Positions 26,288 to 40,440 are shown, numbered from the stretch's first letter. The stretch: DNA of 64,000 bases from Octopus vulgaris (GCA_951406725.2 OX597822.1:13888001-13952000); one strand, 5' to 3'. The notes: generated by a model from the letters alone, not told the origin. Program-made: numbers and translations.

Positions 26288-26545
26288 GAGGTTTGTCTGG
26301 AAAGTAACGGGACTGGTGTCTCACAGTTTATTTCAATTTCAAACAACAAACTACATGGTTTCCCTTTGAATCTAACGTCTGTCCTGCCCTCCACGCTTCT
26401 AAGCACTGCTGGGAGGAATCATCTGGGATTCCCATCAACTCCGTCGTTACGATAATTTTGATGGTCTCCATGCCTTCAAAACAGGTCCCCTTGAGCTTGA
26501 AGAAAAGAAAAATGTCACACGGAGCAAGAACAGGTAAATAGGCAT
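26285..26545 (-). mobile_element. Mariner transposon remnant (transposase C-terminus and one end)
   Basis: LAPCDIFLFFKLKGTCFE..IK..TTELMGIPDDSSQQCLEAW resembles the mariner YSPDLAPxD region; TA followed by cacgagg..gaaagt TIR-like end. Confidence 0.75.
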
Positions 26546-27488
26546 ATAAAAAATGAAAGAAAGGATGTTTGCATAGGCAACTCCAATCACGCAACGCCAA
26601 AACCAAGAGACCCACGGCCATATTGACTAAACAAATTGACATGAGAAATATAGTCTTGTGCACGCCGTCGTTATCGCTGTTTAAGTCCGAAGTGTCTTCT
26701 GATCGTATATACCTATGACCAGGGGCATTCCATCCATGACCTTCCAGTTAATTTTTTCAGGCCTAGTGTAAAGGAATTACATAACTAACGACGTCCATCG
26801 TTTTTTTTTTTTTAACGTTACGCTCTCTTTTGAGTAAAAGTACTCAATGGATCTCTGTCGTTTTACGACGATGACTAGTTGAATTATCTGCTGAGTGAAG
26901 TAGCTTTTAATTGATTGGTTATTCTACGAACGTGTTCTCTTGGCAGAATTCTCGGCCAAAAATACACAGTGTGGGATGAGACTGAACGTTACACTTAGAG
27001 GTGCAATCCATTCGGTGAGCTGGCAGAAACGTTAGCACGTCGGACAAAATGCCTAACGGCATTTCCTCCGGCTCTTTACGGTCACAGTTCATATCTCGTC
27101 GAGGCTAACTTTGTCTTCGGTAAAATATAGTGTTTGGCAAGTAATCAACTTGTCAAAATTACTGGTCTTACACCTTTCAATTGTCTGGCGTCGCGTTCTT
27201 GGGAAATTTTTAACGGCATGGAGAGTGAAGAAACCGCCTTTTGAGTCATAGGGTTCAAAAGAACCTAATAATAAGTCGAACAATCCATTCGAAGGATTCC
27301 TAACCGTTTCCATCGACTAAATTTCATTTACAAGACTAGAATCAACAGAAGAAAATTCATAGAGGACGCTTGTCCAATATATCACACATCGATATCAAAC
27401 CCGTGTACATCTTAAACATTTTTCCGCTGTGCCAACTACCACCACCAACACACACACACCATCACGACTACCACCGCAATGAGCACTG

Positions 27489-27576
<88 letters not shown>

Positions 27577-27804
27577 CAACCCCATTGCTATTGTTGCTGC
27601 TGCTACTAATGATGCTAATATTGTACAGGAAATTCTTATTAGATTCTGTCAAACCCACCTGACATTTCCGTTGTGCTTTTGGGTTCAAATGTCAACATCC
27701 CACCCACCCCTTCACCACCACCATCAGCCCCACAAGTGCAATCATCACCACCACTACTATCACCACAACCATCATCGAATCTCAATAATAATAATAGTAA
27801 TAGT

Positions 27805-28120
27805 CACCGAGAACAATGAATGTAAGATAGTGTGGGATTTTAAAATCCGATGTGACTCCCTAATCGATGCTCAGAGACCAGATATTGTTGATAAATGTTA
27901 AAAAAGGAAACCATGATCATAGATTTTGCAATACCTGGGGATGCATGCATAAGTGACAAATAACTAGAAAAGATTGAAAAGTACAGACTACTAAAAGACG
28001 AAATTGCAAGAATGTGGACTATAAGGAGAGTGTCCGTTGTTCCAGTAGTTGTTTAGTGACACTCGGAGCACTGACAACCAAGTTTGAGTAATATGCCAGA
28101 GAAATTGGTATTGGCATACT
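27805..28120 (+). mobile_element. R4/Dong-type endonuclease fragment, decayed
   Basis: TENNECKIVWDFKIRCD..RPDIV, then IIDFAIP and K.EKY..LK.EI.RMW; preceded by TAA repeats. Confidence 0.75.
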
Positions 28121-28145
28121 AAAAAAAAAAAATGCTCTGGGGACA

Positions 28146-28331
28146 TATTGTATAACCATTGCCATCTAAATTGTTAATTAATTTACAAAATTTCAGTTAA
28201 CGGATAATACTAGAGTTATCTGCCTTGCCTCTTTACATTTTACTGACGACTCCTCCGAAAGGAGAGGGGCTGCCACGTCGAAAACGGGAGAGAAGTCCGA
28301 GCGCTCTGCGAAGTAAAACAACAGCGATGAT

Positions 28332-28392
<61 letters not shown>

Positions 28393-28779
28393 TTGGGCTT
28401 CGTATATTTTACCCCAGTGTCACTTTGATGGTATGAACTGCTCTCTCACTCAATAATCCCTACAAGACGCTTTTATCCATGATCCTGGATTGTCTCAAAT
28501 GGCCGATGTTTTCTTTACATCATCATTATCATCGTCATCAAAGATTGTAAGAAATTATTACTGTTGTTATGGCTATTGTTTAAGGTGAGCTGACAGAATC
28601 GTTCGCACACCGAACTAAACGGTTAAAGCCATATTGTCTATCTTTAGGTTTTAAGTGCAAAACCCGCTTGGAGGTCGATGAAATAAGTAAACAACATTTC
28701 AGTTACACACTGGGGTCGGTATAATCGACTAGCTCCCTTCCCCCAAAATTTTCAAGGCCTTGTGCCTAGAGTAGAAATA

Positions 28780-28834
<55 letters not shown>

Positions 28835-29536
28835 TAATAATAATGTTATGTGTAACGTACGAACATCCTAAAAAATTCTAAATAGCACATATGAATATAA
28901 CGTACATAACTTGATATACACATTTCGGGGGAAAATACAATTTCGCTTTATTTCATAATTTTTTGCCATCTATATTGTATAACCATTGCCATCTAAATTG
29001 TAATTAATTTACAAAATTTCAGTTAACGGATAATACTAGAGTTCTCAGCCTTGCCTCTTTACATTTTACTGACGACTCCTCCGAAAGGAGAGGGGCTGCC
29101 ACGTCGAAAACGGGAGAGGGGCCAAAACTGGATGTGGTTCCTTCTGATGGTCATGCCTTTAGCTACTGGATCCTATAAAGGAGCTGTTGAGGTAGCGAAT
29201 CATGAAACGTGTTTGGAATTCCTTTGCCTTGCCTCTTTTCTTTTTACAGCTTTAATATCCCTACAAGACGCTTTTATCCATGATCCTGGATTGTCTCAAA
29301 TGGCCGATGTTTTCTTTACATCATCATTATCATCGTCATCAATACTGTAAGAAATTATTACTGTTGTTATGGCTATTGTTTAAGGTGAGCTGACAGAATC
29401 GTTCGCACACCGAACTAAACGGTTAAAGCCATATTGTCTATCTTTAGGTTTTAAGTGCAAAACCCGCGGGGTCGGTGTAATCGACTAGCTCCCTTCCCCC
29501 AAAATTTTCAAGGCCTTGTGCCTAGAGTATAAAATA

Positions 29537-29600
<64 letters not shown>
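28146..29600. repeat. Local tandem duplication of a composite block including a SINE B copy
   Basis: 28146-28289 repeats at 28972-29118; 28457-28790 repeats at 29257-29540. Confidence 0.85.
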
Positions 29601-29602
<2 letters not shown>

Positions 29603-29607
<5 letters not shown>

Positions 29608-31770
29608 CTGTCTCCCTACAATGTACAAAGCATTTACTGCAGTAATATCACAAAGATTAAACAAGCACCTGGACGAAAACAATTTGTTTCCAGAAGAGCA
29701 GAAAGGATGCCGCAAATGCTCATATGGCTGTAAAGATCAACTAATGATCAATAAAGCCATAACTGAAGACAGCCACAGAAAAAAGAAAGGCCTCAGTATG
29801 GCCTGGATTGACTACAGGAAGGCGTTTGATAGCATCCCCCACACATGGATCCTCGAAACACTAGCCATGAACAAAGTCGCACCAACAATTATAAAATACA
29901 TAGGACACTCTATGAATAAATGGCAAACAGTGCTACAGCTCCAAACAAAAGAGGGACTCGTGAAAACTAAAGCCATCCCCATTAGAAGAGGAATATTCCA
30001 GGGAGATACGCTCTCTCCACTCCTTTTCTGCTTGGCACTGTCACCTCTATCTGATATGCTAAATAGAACTGGATGCGGATATAAATGTTACGGCAAAACG
30101 ATCAGCCACCTTTTATATATGGATGGCCTAAAACTATACGCTACAAATGACAAACAGCTGGAAACACTACTAAACACAGTTCATGGATTTACCAAAGAAA
30201 TAGATATGAAATTTGGATTAGAAAAATGTGCCAAAGTAACCCTGAAAAGAGGAAAACTAGTTAAGAGTAGCAACATCACACTAGATAAAGCCAATGAAAT
30301 AAGAGAATTAGACCAAAGCCAAACTTACAAATACTTAGGAATCAATGAACTAGATAAGACACAACACACACAAATGAAAGAGAAAATTAAAAAAAAGAAT
30401 ATTATAGACGAGTTAGATCAATACTGAAAACAGAGCTCAATGCTAAAAACAAAATAATAGGTATTAACACTTTAGCCCTCCCAGTTATAAGTTACAGCTA
30501 CAATATCCTTAACTGGACACTAAATGAACTGACCAAAATAGATAGGAAAACAAGAAAAATAATGACAGGATCTAGGATGAATCACCCAAGATCTGACATA
30601 GAAAGACTATATATACAACGTATAGAAGGTGGTAGAGGCCTTATACAGCTGCAAAAAACTACTATAAAATAGCCACCATAGGACTGCAAAAATATCTACT
30701 TCAGAAGGAAGGAAAACTGATACAAATAGCGGCAAAACACGAGCAAAACAAAAAAAACTGTTCTCAGTATTTAAGAAAGCTGACAAATACAAACAAGAAA
30801 TCATACCACCTAACAAATATGAAGAAGAAGAAGATGAAGAAACAACAAAAGCTATAAAACAAATGAAATCCAAACTAAAACTAGAACAGCAACGAACCAT
30901 GATAAAACGATGGCAAGAAAAGCCCCTTCATGGCAAATACTGGACTACACTAAATGCAAAAGAAATAGACAAAGAAAAATCCCAGCAATGGTTGAGAAGC
31001 TCAGGACTCAAAGCAGAGACAGAAGGATTTTTAATTGCAGCACAAGACCAAAGCCTCTCCACCAGAAATTACCAAAAACATGGAAAAGAATCGTAACAAG
31101 TAACTGCAGAATATGTGGAGGTGGACAAGAAACAATAAATCATATTATCTCTGGCTGCCCAGTTCTGGCTAAGAAGGAATATATTCACAGACACGACAGA
31201 GTTGGGACCTACATACACTGGAAGCTATGCCAACATTATGGAATAACAACAGAAAAAAGATGGTATAGGCACACACCAGAAAAGGTCACAGAAAACGAGA
31301 AAGCAACCATACTCTGAGATATGCCAATTCACACAGATAGAGAAATTAAGGCCAACAGACCAGATATAGTTGTCAGAGATTATGAAGAAAAAACATGCTT
31401 TCTAATTGATGTATCAATACCAGCAGATGACAACGTGCCTCTAAAAGAAATTGAGCAACTTTCAAAATACAAAGACCTGGAAATAGAGGTAATCAGAATG
31501 TGGAATCTAAAAATAGAAACAATTCCTGTCATAGTAGGTGCATTAGGCATGATAAAAAATATTCAAACAAATGCATAACAAAACACCAGGACTTACAAAC
31601 ACATATAACATACAGAAAACTGCACTACTAGGCACTGCACACATCCTACGCAGAACACTTTCCATACAATAACCATCAGAGCATCACAACAAGTCACAGC
31701 ACAAACCCAAGGCACACAGAGCTGCACTCGGTAGTGAAGTGAAAGCACGCTATAAAAATAAAACTACTGG
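29603..31770 (+). mobile_element. R4/Dong-clade non-LTR retrotransposon, 5' truncated and frameshifted, copy 1
   Basis: ITCLPT, EQKG, WIDYRKAFDS, GIFQGDTLSPLLF, YMDG (YMDD mutated), CRIC..ETINHIISGC, RHD, RPDIV..IDVS, KY; stop at 31670-31672; (TAA)n on both sides. Confidence 0.93.
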
Positions 31771-31837
<67 letters not shown>

Positions 31838-31838
31838 A

Positions 31839-31879
<41 letters not shown>

Positions 31880-31928
31880 AAATAATAATAATAATAATGA
31901 TGAAAATAATAATAATAATAATGATGAA

Positions 31929-31997
<69 letters not shown>

Positions 31998-32027
31998 GAT
32001 GAAAATAATAATAATAATAATGATGAA

Positions 32028-32115
<88 letters not shown>
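31771..32115. repeat. (TAA)n array with recurring ATGAAA interruptions
   Basis: Directly visible. Confidence 0.95.
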
Positions 32116-34001
32116 TCGACACAAAAACTTATCAATAGCCTGGATAGACTATAAAAAGGCTTTTGATAGCCGATCACATAGCTGAATAAAGAAATGCCTG
32201 GAAATGTATAAAATAGCGCCTACTCTGCGAAACTTTTTGTCTGTAAGTATGAGATCATGGAGAACCAAACTAACTTTGAACAGTGACGATGAATCTCTAA
32301 ATGCTGGTGATGTAAACATTTCTTGTGGCATTTTCGAGGGCGACTCACTATCACCACTCCTTTTTTGTTTAGCCTTGATACCCCTCTCAAAATTGCTCAA
32401 TGACACACAGTACGGATATAAAATGTTGGATAAAAATATAAATCATCTCATTTACATGGATGATTTAAAGGTCTTTGCAAAAAAATGGCCAAAATCTCAA
32501 GGGCTTAAACAATTCAGCGATGACATGAGAATGCAATTTGGCCTCGAAAAATGTGCAAAAGCTACCTTTATCAAAAGAAAAATGACAGAAACATCTAACA
32601 TTAACCTTGACCAGCAGAATGTTATAAAAGAGTTAGACCCAGCAGAGAGCTACCTAGGGGTAATTGAAGGGGATGGAATAAGGCATTCAGTGATGAAGGA
32701 AAGGATCAGGAGAGAATGTTATCGCAGAGTAAGAGCAATACTCAAGACAGAGCTGAATGCGAGAAACAGGATCGAAGCGATCAATGCTTTAGCCACATCA
32801 GTCGTGACTTACAGTTTCAATATCGTTAACTGGTCAATAACTGAAATGTGTAATCTTGACAGAAAAATACGAAAACTGTTGACAATGCATTGAATGCACC
32901 ACCCTAAGGCAGATACAGAACGACTTTATCTGCCAAGAAAAGGAATATCTAAGTGAATTCCGAATACAACAAATTTCGGAATTAGACATACAAGAAACAA
33001 GCACAGAAAAAGCTAAGCGCATGAAAACCCGTGCTATAACTTCTGCCTTAGATATTCTGAATGACAAGAAAAACCTCTCAATGGCAAATACCAAAAGAGA
33101 GGGAATAATGCAGATGTTGACAAAGCCCTGACCCATCAATGGCTAATGGCCTCTGGCTTAAAATCTGAAACAAGGATTTATCATAGCAGCTCAAGATCAA
33201 TGCCTACCTACAAGAAATTACCAGGCCAACATATTAAAGAACGGCAGTAGCCCAACATGTCGTGTATGTCAACAACAAAATAAAACCATTGATCATGTTA
33301 TCTCCAAGTGCAGTCTTCTTGCACCTACAGAGTATCTCAACAGGCATGATAGAGCTACACAATATATTCACTGGGTAATTTGCAAAAGCCTGGACTTTGA
33401 TAAAAACTTGTGGGAACACAAACCACCTCCAGTGTTTGAAAATGACCACATTTCACTCCTATGGAACTTCACCATTCAAACAGACAGAAAGATAGACGCG
33501 AATAGGCCAGACATCATAGTAAAAGACTTTAGACAAAAAACATACCTCCTCATTGATATGACTGTCCCAATCGATATAAACGTATCTGTCAAGACCTACC
33601 AAAGACGGAGCAAATATAAAGATCTTGAAATAGAAATCAGCAAAATGTGGAACCCGAAGACAAAAACAGTACCTGTTTGTCATAGGTGCCCTGGGAATGA
33701 TAGCAAAAGGGGCTGATTGCTACCTAACTCAGATACCAGGAAACCCCAAAATGGCAGAAATTCAAAAGATAGTGCTCATGGGAAGTGCTCATATCCTACG
33801 CAAAATACTTTCTATGTGATCTCAAGTTTTAAAACAAACATAATTTTCGTATGGTTTTTTAGGCATACAACACTAAGTACAAAACCAAATATATGGCACC
33901 CTAGGCATAACACCAACATGAACTTCCAACTTGTTGTCTCTTGAGGTCTCTGGGTGAGACGTGGAGCCAGCTTGTGCAAATGTAAAGCATAGTCAAACAT
34001 A
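32116..34001 (+). mobile_element. R4/Dong-clade non-LTR retrotransposon, 5' truncated, different family, copy 2
   Basis: AWIDYKKAFDS, GIFEGDSLSPLLF, YMDD, CRVC..TIDHVISKC, RHD, RPDII..IDMT; ends in (TAA)n. Confidence 0.93.
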
Positions 34002-34028
34002 GAATAATAATAATAATAATACCAGCAG

Positions 34029-34060
<32 letters not shown>

Positions 34061-34524
34061 GGTGGTGGTGGTGGTTGTGGTGATGGTGGTGGTGTACTAG
34101 TAAGCAAAAATAAAATTGAGGGTCGGAAAAATTGAGGCTCTTGGAGACGAGTGAAGAAGAAGAAGAAGAAGAAGAAGAAGAAGAAGAGGGGAGGCAGCAG
34201 ATGGAGAGGAGTAAGGGATGTTCCATAAATGTTATCGATACTTGATGCATCCACACGTTTGTTATATGATGAGAGGAAAACCGTAGCGACAAAGATGTAA
34301 AAAAAAGAATGAAAACGATGGAAGGAGTTGAGAGAAGGAGATGAAAGAAGAGAAGAAAGTGGGAAGAAAGTGAGAGAAGATCCTTTCATCTTGACAGGCG
34401 CATATTTTTGGAGATACTGGAGATAAGATGACGTCATGCCCTGCCACAGAAGTTTCGTTCGACATCTTCAAATGCTGGATTGAAAGGCGGCTGTATGTCT
34501 GCTTATTTGAAGATAGATTACTGG

Positions 34525-34565
<41 letters not shown>

Positions 34566-35160
34566 ATGCGCGTACATATACTTATATATATATATATATA
34601 TAGATAGATAGATAGATAGATAGATATGTGTGTGTATGTATATTCATATACATATATATATATATACATGCGTATATCTGTGTGTTTGTGTGTGTGTGTG
34701 CGTGTACATTTACTTATATATATATATATATATATGTAAATAGATAGATACGTGTGCGTGTAAGTATGTATAATTACAAATATACATATATATGTGTATG
34801 TGTATTCATACACATACGTACATTTATATGCATGCATATGCGTGGTGTGTGCGTATGTGTGTGTGTGTGTGTGTTTGTGTGTGTGTATTGCTCTATGCTA
34901 TGTGGCGTAGGCGATCAGTGTAGATCAATGATGCAGAAATGTGAAAATTTGATCAAATACGTTCGAGATGTGATCAGACGGTTTTTTGTTCTTGTTTTGG
35001 GGATTGAATTATCCAGTGTATCTTCAGTTTCTTTTTAAGGAAAAATTTGGTTGTTATTTCTGGCAGGTCAAGCACAAGATGGCTTCCGTTTCGCTTTCCT
35101 TGTTATTTTCCCTGTTTTCTGTTTAACGGTGTAAATATTTTTCCGCTCCCAATTTGTGCG

Positions 35161-35215
<55 letters not shown>

Positions 35216-35656
35216 CCCCACACACACACACACTCTCTCTCTCTCTCTCCCCACACATACACACAAACATACATACATGCATACATATTTGTGTATATAT
35301 ATGTACCTATTATCGTAGGTGCATTAGGTTATGTACCAACGAATTGACACAAAAACCTAGAATTACTGTTTTTCTCGGAAAAAGAGCAAAAACAAAAAGT
35401 GACGCAGATTCTCCAAATCCAGTCAATCAATGGCACAGTGAAGATCTGTGAGACATTCCCCAAATTCTCCATCAGAGATCCTTATGCATGCCGATGCATA
35501 CAAAGTTCAAACAACACACCAACTCAACCACATATTTACTTATACTGGGAACTCTTTTAACTCAAAGAGTCTTGTCCTTTTGTTAGCGACCGGCTTGAAC
35601 TCTCTCAAGAAGAATTTAAATTCAGCACAATGAAAACATACACACACACACACATG

Positions 35657-35818
35657 CATACATACATACATACATACATACATACATACATACATACATA
35701 CATACATACATACATACATACATACATACATACATACATACATACATACATACATACATACATACATACATACATACATACATACATACATACATACATA
35801 CATACATACATACATACA

Positions 35819-35850
<32 letters not shown>

Positions 35851-35984
35851 CATACATACATACATACATACATACATACATACATACATACATACATACA
35901 TACATACATACATACATACATACATACATACATACATACATACATACATACATACATACATACATACATACATACATACATACA

Positions 35985-36016
<32 letters not shown>

Positions 36017-36090
36017 CATACATACATACATACATACATACATACATACATACATACATACATACATACATACATACATACATACATACA

Positions 36091-36122
<32 letters not shown>

Positions 36123-36340
36123 CATACATACATACATACATACATACATACATACATACATACATACATACATACATACATACATACATACATACATACA
36201 TACATACATACATACATACATACATACATACATACATACATACATACATACATACATACATACATACATACATACATACATACATACATACATACATACA
36301 TACATACGTACATACATACATACATACATACATACATACA
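35657..36340. repeat. About 680-bp (TACA)n microsatellite
   Basis: Directly visible; few interruptions. Confidence 0.98.
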
Positions 36341-36894
36341 TGTAAGTATGGATAAATGAATGGGGTGAACTGGCTGGATGGGCAAACTGATACATTAATA
36401 TAGTTAGCAGTACCTCAAACTCTGTTTGTCCTTTCCCCCAAAGGGACATAACTCCGATCTTATGACATTTATCTCAATTAGTACATATCAATTAGTAACA
36501 TCGGCAGCATTCTTTTGGTACAGCTGATACTCACAGGTAATGTTTCATCGGCAATAAATCGGTAACGATAGAGTAATACCGGTATTGATAAACTAAACTT
36601 ATTGCAAGTAGACAAACGAGAAATCTATTTAATATAATTCAGCTTTAATTCAACATTAATGTTTTTAATTTCCAAAATTAATATTCATTTCATAAGTATA
36701 CATTCATCATGAGATTTGAAAAACTGTATAATTATAATTACTATAATTATTATAATTATTATACCTATACAACATTAATTGAGAACAACTACAGTGAAGG
36801 AAAAAAATATTTGGAATTAACTCTCCGAACGAGGAATAAGTATGTTCTATGTACGTGTGTTTGTTGAACGCGTGCGCGCGGAGGTGTGTATCAA

Positions 36895-37100
36895 CTTTTG
36901 CCCAAGGACAGAAATTCCAGGGAAGGGGTAAGTCGATTACATCGACTGCAATGTTCAACAGGTGCTTATTTTATCGATCTCTCGGGGATGAAAGGCGAAG
37001 TCGACCTCGGCGAAATTTGAACTCAGGACGAAAAGCCGTGAACTAATGTCGTCGAGCATTTTGTCTGGTGCGGTAACGATTGCACCACTTCGCTCCCTTA
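36895..37100 (-). mobile_element. Diverged SINE B
   Basis: gtcgattacatcgac...gatgaaaggcgaagtcgacctcggcgaaatttgaactcag. Confidence 0.75.
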
Positions 37101-37510
37101 AGGGATTGGAATCTAATGATAGAATCTGTTTACCAAGAATATGCCAAACACGGCCATACAAATTTCAAAGACATGATCTTCTGTGAAATAGGAATTCTTC
37201 AAAGAATATTAATTGCATCAAGTAATTTGCGTTAATATCTTCAGATATTTTGGGACGCTGTAATTTCGTGATCATTTCAAGATTCTGTCAGGCGAAGAGA
37301 GCGTCAACATGTTTCCATATATGTATGCATGTATGTATGTATGTATGTATGTATGTATGTATGTATGTATGTATGTATGTATGTATGTATGTATGTATGT
37401 ATGTATGTATGCATGTGTGTGTGTAGGTAGGTAGGTAGGTAGGTAGGTAGGTAGGTAGGTAGGTAGGTAGGTAGGTAGGTAGTTAGGTAGGTAGGTATAG
37501 AGCTATCTTT

Positions 37511-37962
37511 TCCTTTTTACTTATTGCAGTCATCGGACTGCGGCCATGCTGTGGTACCTCATTAAAGTGTTCAGTCGAACAAATCAACCCAAGTAACATT
37601 GTTTTTGTATATTGTTTAGGTTGTTACTTATTTTAGCGATCACTTTGCCGCACTGCTGAGTTACAGGAACGAAAACAAACCAACAGCGTTTGTCAAATGG
37701 AGGGGACGAGCGAACACAACCCACGCATACATACATACATACATACATACATACATACATACATACATACATACATACATACGTACACGTACATACATAA
37801 ATACAGACATAAACATATATAGGGCGATTTTCCACACACTTTGCATTTACCAAATTCACTCACAAGCCATTGATCGGGTGTAGAAAACACTTGACCAGTT
37901 GCTGCACAGCGGGATTAAACCACATAGTTGAAAAGTGAACTTCTTAACCACACAGCCACACC
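37511..37962 (-). mobile_element. Diverged SINE A with internal (TACA)n
   Basis: gactgcggccatgctg tail and ccaaattcactcacaag...aaccacacagccac head. Confidence 0.7.
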
Positions 37963-39719
37963 TAGACCTATATAAATGTAACTACTGCAAGCTAAACTAT
38001 TGGAATGTTTTACATATTTTCATTAAGTGAAATTTCTTAATTAACTTTCTCTATTCTAGTTTTGTAAAGCCCAGCTTCTCAATATAGATGCTGTGATAAT
38101 TGGTTATATAACAAAGTGCCACAATAATTACAGGTATAAACCTGTAATTATAGTCCTGGTAGACTATGTTGTTGTCTTTGGACATAGATGCTTTCTCATT
38201 AGGAATGTCTTTATCATTATGTTAATCGGTTGAGCAATCAATTACTACGCATTCTCTGGTCCTTGTCTCGGGTCATTATGTCTGGTCAATTATGCTTTCG
38301 CAGTAGTTTTGGCACCAATATTCCATCCGTTATCTTTTATATTACGGGTGAATATGCCTTTTAACAACATTAGTGCTTCTAATATTCTTATCGCTAGCAC
38401 TTTCTGCGGATTTCATTCTGTAGTTTCCACCAAAATGTCATATCATTTACGTGAATTCTAATGTGATCAGAGTTTAGACCGTCTGCTTAATAATGCGGGT
38501 GACATGTTTGGTGCTAATTCCAGGGTCGGCATTTAGACAATTTACCAGTATCACATTTTCATTGGGATAACAGGCTATACTTATTTTTATTTCTTGATTA
38601 ACTCAGCCCAAACGCATGCATACACACAAACACATAAACAGACACACACACACACACGTATATAAGTGTGTGTGTGTGTAATCTCCGCAAGTTGTTGTTT
38701 CCTATGCAATTCTCAGTGCTAGCTTTCACATTATTAGAAATTTTGAAGGCACTAATCAAAACTACACACACACACATACACATGTATGCATATACACATA
38801 TATGAAGAATTAAAGAACAGCTATTCACAATGAGACGAAATGATTAAGAAATTAATGATATGCATAATAATTGAATTTTCAATTCATTTTATTTCACTTC
38901 AATTGTATACGACTCAATTGTCATTTTCATAAATGTTTTGTGATATGAAGTCGATGGCAGGCCTCTGGATTCACGAACAACAATAACTAAAACAACAGCA
39001 GCAGCAACGACAACAATAATAATATCAAGAATAACCACATAGATACAATAAACACGAAATCAGTGATTCATAGAATAATAATAGAAATCAAATGACAATA
39101 GTTATATATTAATAAAGTAGTGATATTTTTTTATACAATAAGATGACTGGTTATTGTCATAATAGAATAATTAGAATAACGAATTAAGCATAGTAACAAT
39201 TAGAAAGAGAAGAACAGAGATTCATAAATGTGAGAGACAGTCGTAAGTAATACGAATGTGTTCGTGTTATATAGCGTTGTTGTAAGGAGGGTTGTACCAG
39301 ATAGTTAACCTGTTGTGTTTGGCACTATGTTGTCTATCGTTCGTCTGATGATGAGGCAGTGAAATTTGGTGCTACGAACTTCCCGGCTATCGAGCTTTAC
39401 TCATGAACAAACTGTCGATGATGGGATGAGGTTGATGATGATGAAGACGACGATGACGATGGTGATGATGATGGTGGTGATGGTGGGGATAATGATTTTG
39501 ATTATCGTGATGATGAAGACAATGATGATGATGGTGCTATTGACGACAACGTTGATGATGTCTATGGTGATGGTTGTTGTTGTTGTTGTTGTTGCGGTGG
39601 TGGTGTTCATGGAACTATTGCTGTTCTTGCTTCATCTCATTTTGAATGATTGAAGTTACCTATGATCAAAGGTTATGCCGACGGTGGCCTTCTCGTCTTC
39701 ATATATATATATATATATA

Positions 39720-40440
39720 TATATGTTAATAAAATATATGCATATATATAAACATATATGTACGTACCTACCTCTACATGTACATATACACGCATATATG
39801 TGTACAGGACACCAAAAAGACGTCGAACACATAGAGAGACGAAAAACATAGACACAAACCAAGGAACAAGACAGGCAAAAAAAACGGAGATACAGGACAA
39901 TAAGCACAACGAAAAATCCCCTTCTTCAGTCGCTAAAGTTTCATCTACTAAACGTTTCGAAGGATAAAAGCGAGACGTATACTTCGAATGAAAAATTCCT
40001 TCCTGCGAAAAGCAAATCAATTAAAATTCTGAGATCTTTTCGCAGAGGGGTAAAAAAAGCAAGACGGTAACGACAGTACAAACATATAAACAGTAAAAAA
40101 TATATATATAAACAGTGGAAAAATAAATATATAACAGTGAGAGACAGGACAAGGAGAACAAGATAAGAAGGGCTGTTAACGCCAGACGAAAAAAGTATTG
40201 CAAACGCTGGATTATAGTGGACGACGAGAGAGGAAGATGTCGACCAGTGGCCTTAGAAGGCGGGCGAGAAAGGACGGGATAGCAGTTACGACGGAAGTAC
40301 GTCGCAGATGGACGACGGGAATGGGGGAGGAGGAGCAAGAGGAAGAGAGAGAAGAAGGGGAATGGTGCGAGGAGACCATGAAGAACAGTGAGGGGGAGAG
40401 AGAGAGGAAGAGACAAGTTAAGTGAGGGAAAAAAGACGAA
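39720..40440 (-). mobile_element. Family P non-coding repeat, long copy flanked by (TA)n
   Basis: gcatatatgtgtacagga motif, ribozyme block, hairpin 39998-40049, ggctgttaa..agacg block shared with 52445-52895. Confidence 0.7.
39918..39988 (-). ncRNA. Putative non-circularly permuted hammerhead ribozyme (subfamily P1), intact core
   Basis: gaag-tatacg-TC-tcgct-tttatccttc-GAAA-cgttta..agcga-CTGAAGA-agggg. Confidence 0.7.

Noticed and set aside
35540-36449. Long ORFs of 241-281 aa, and the many YIYI/HTHT/poly-residue ORFs elsewhere
   Set aside because: Translations of stop-free microsatellites; no protein-like content
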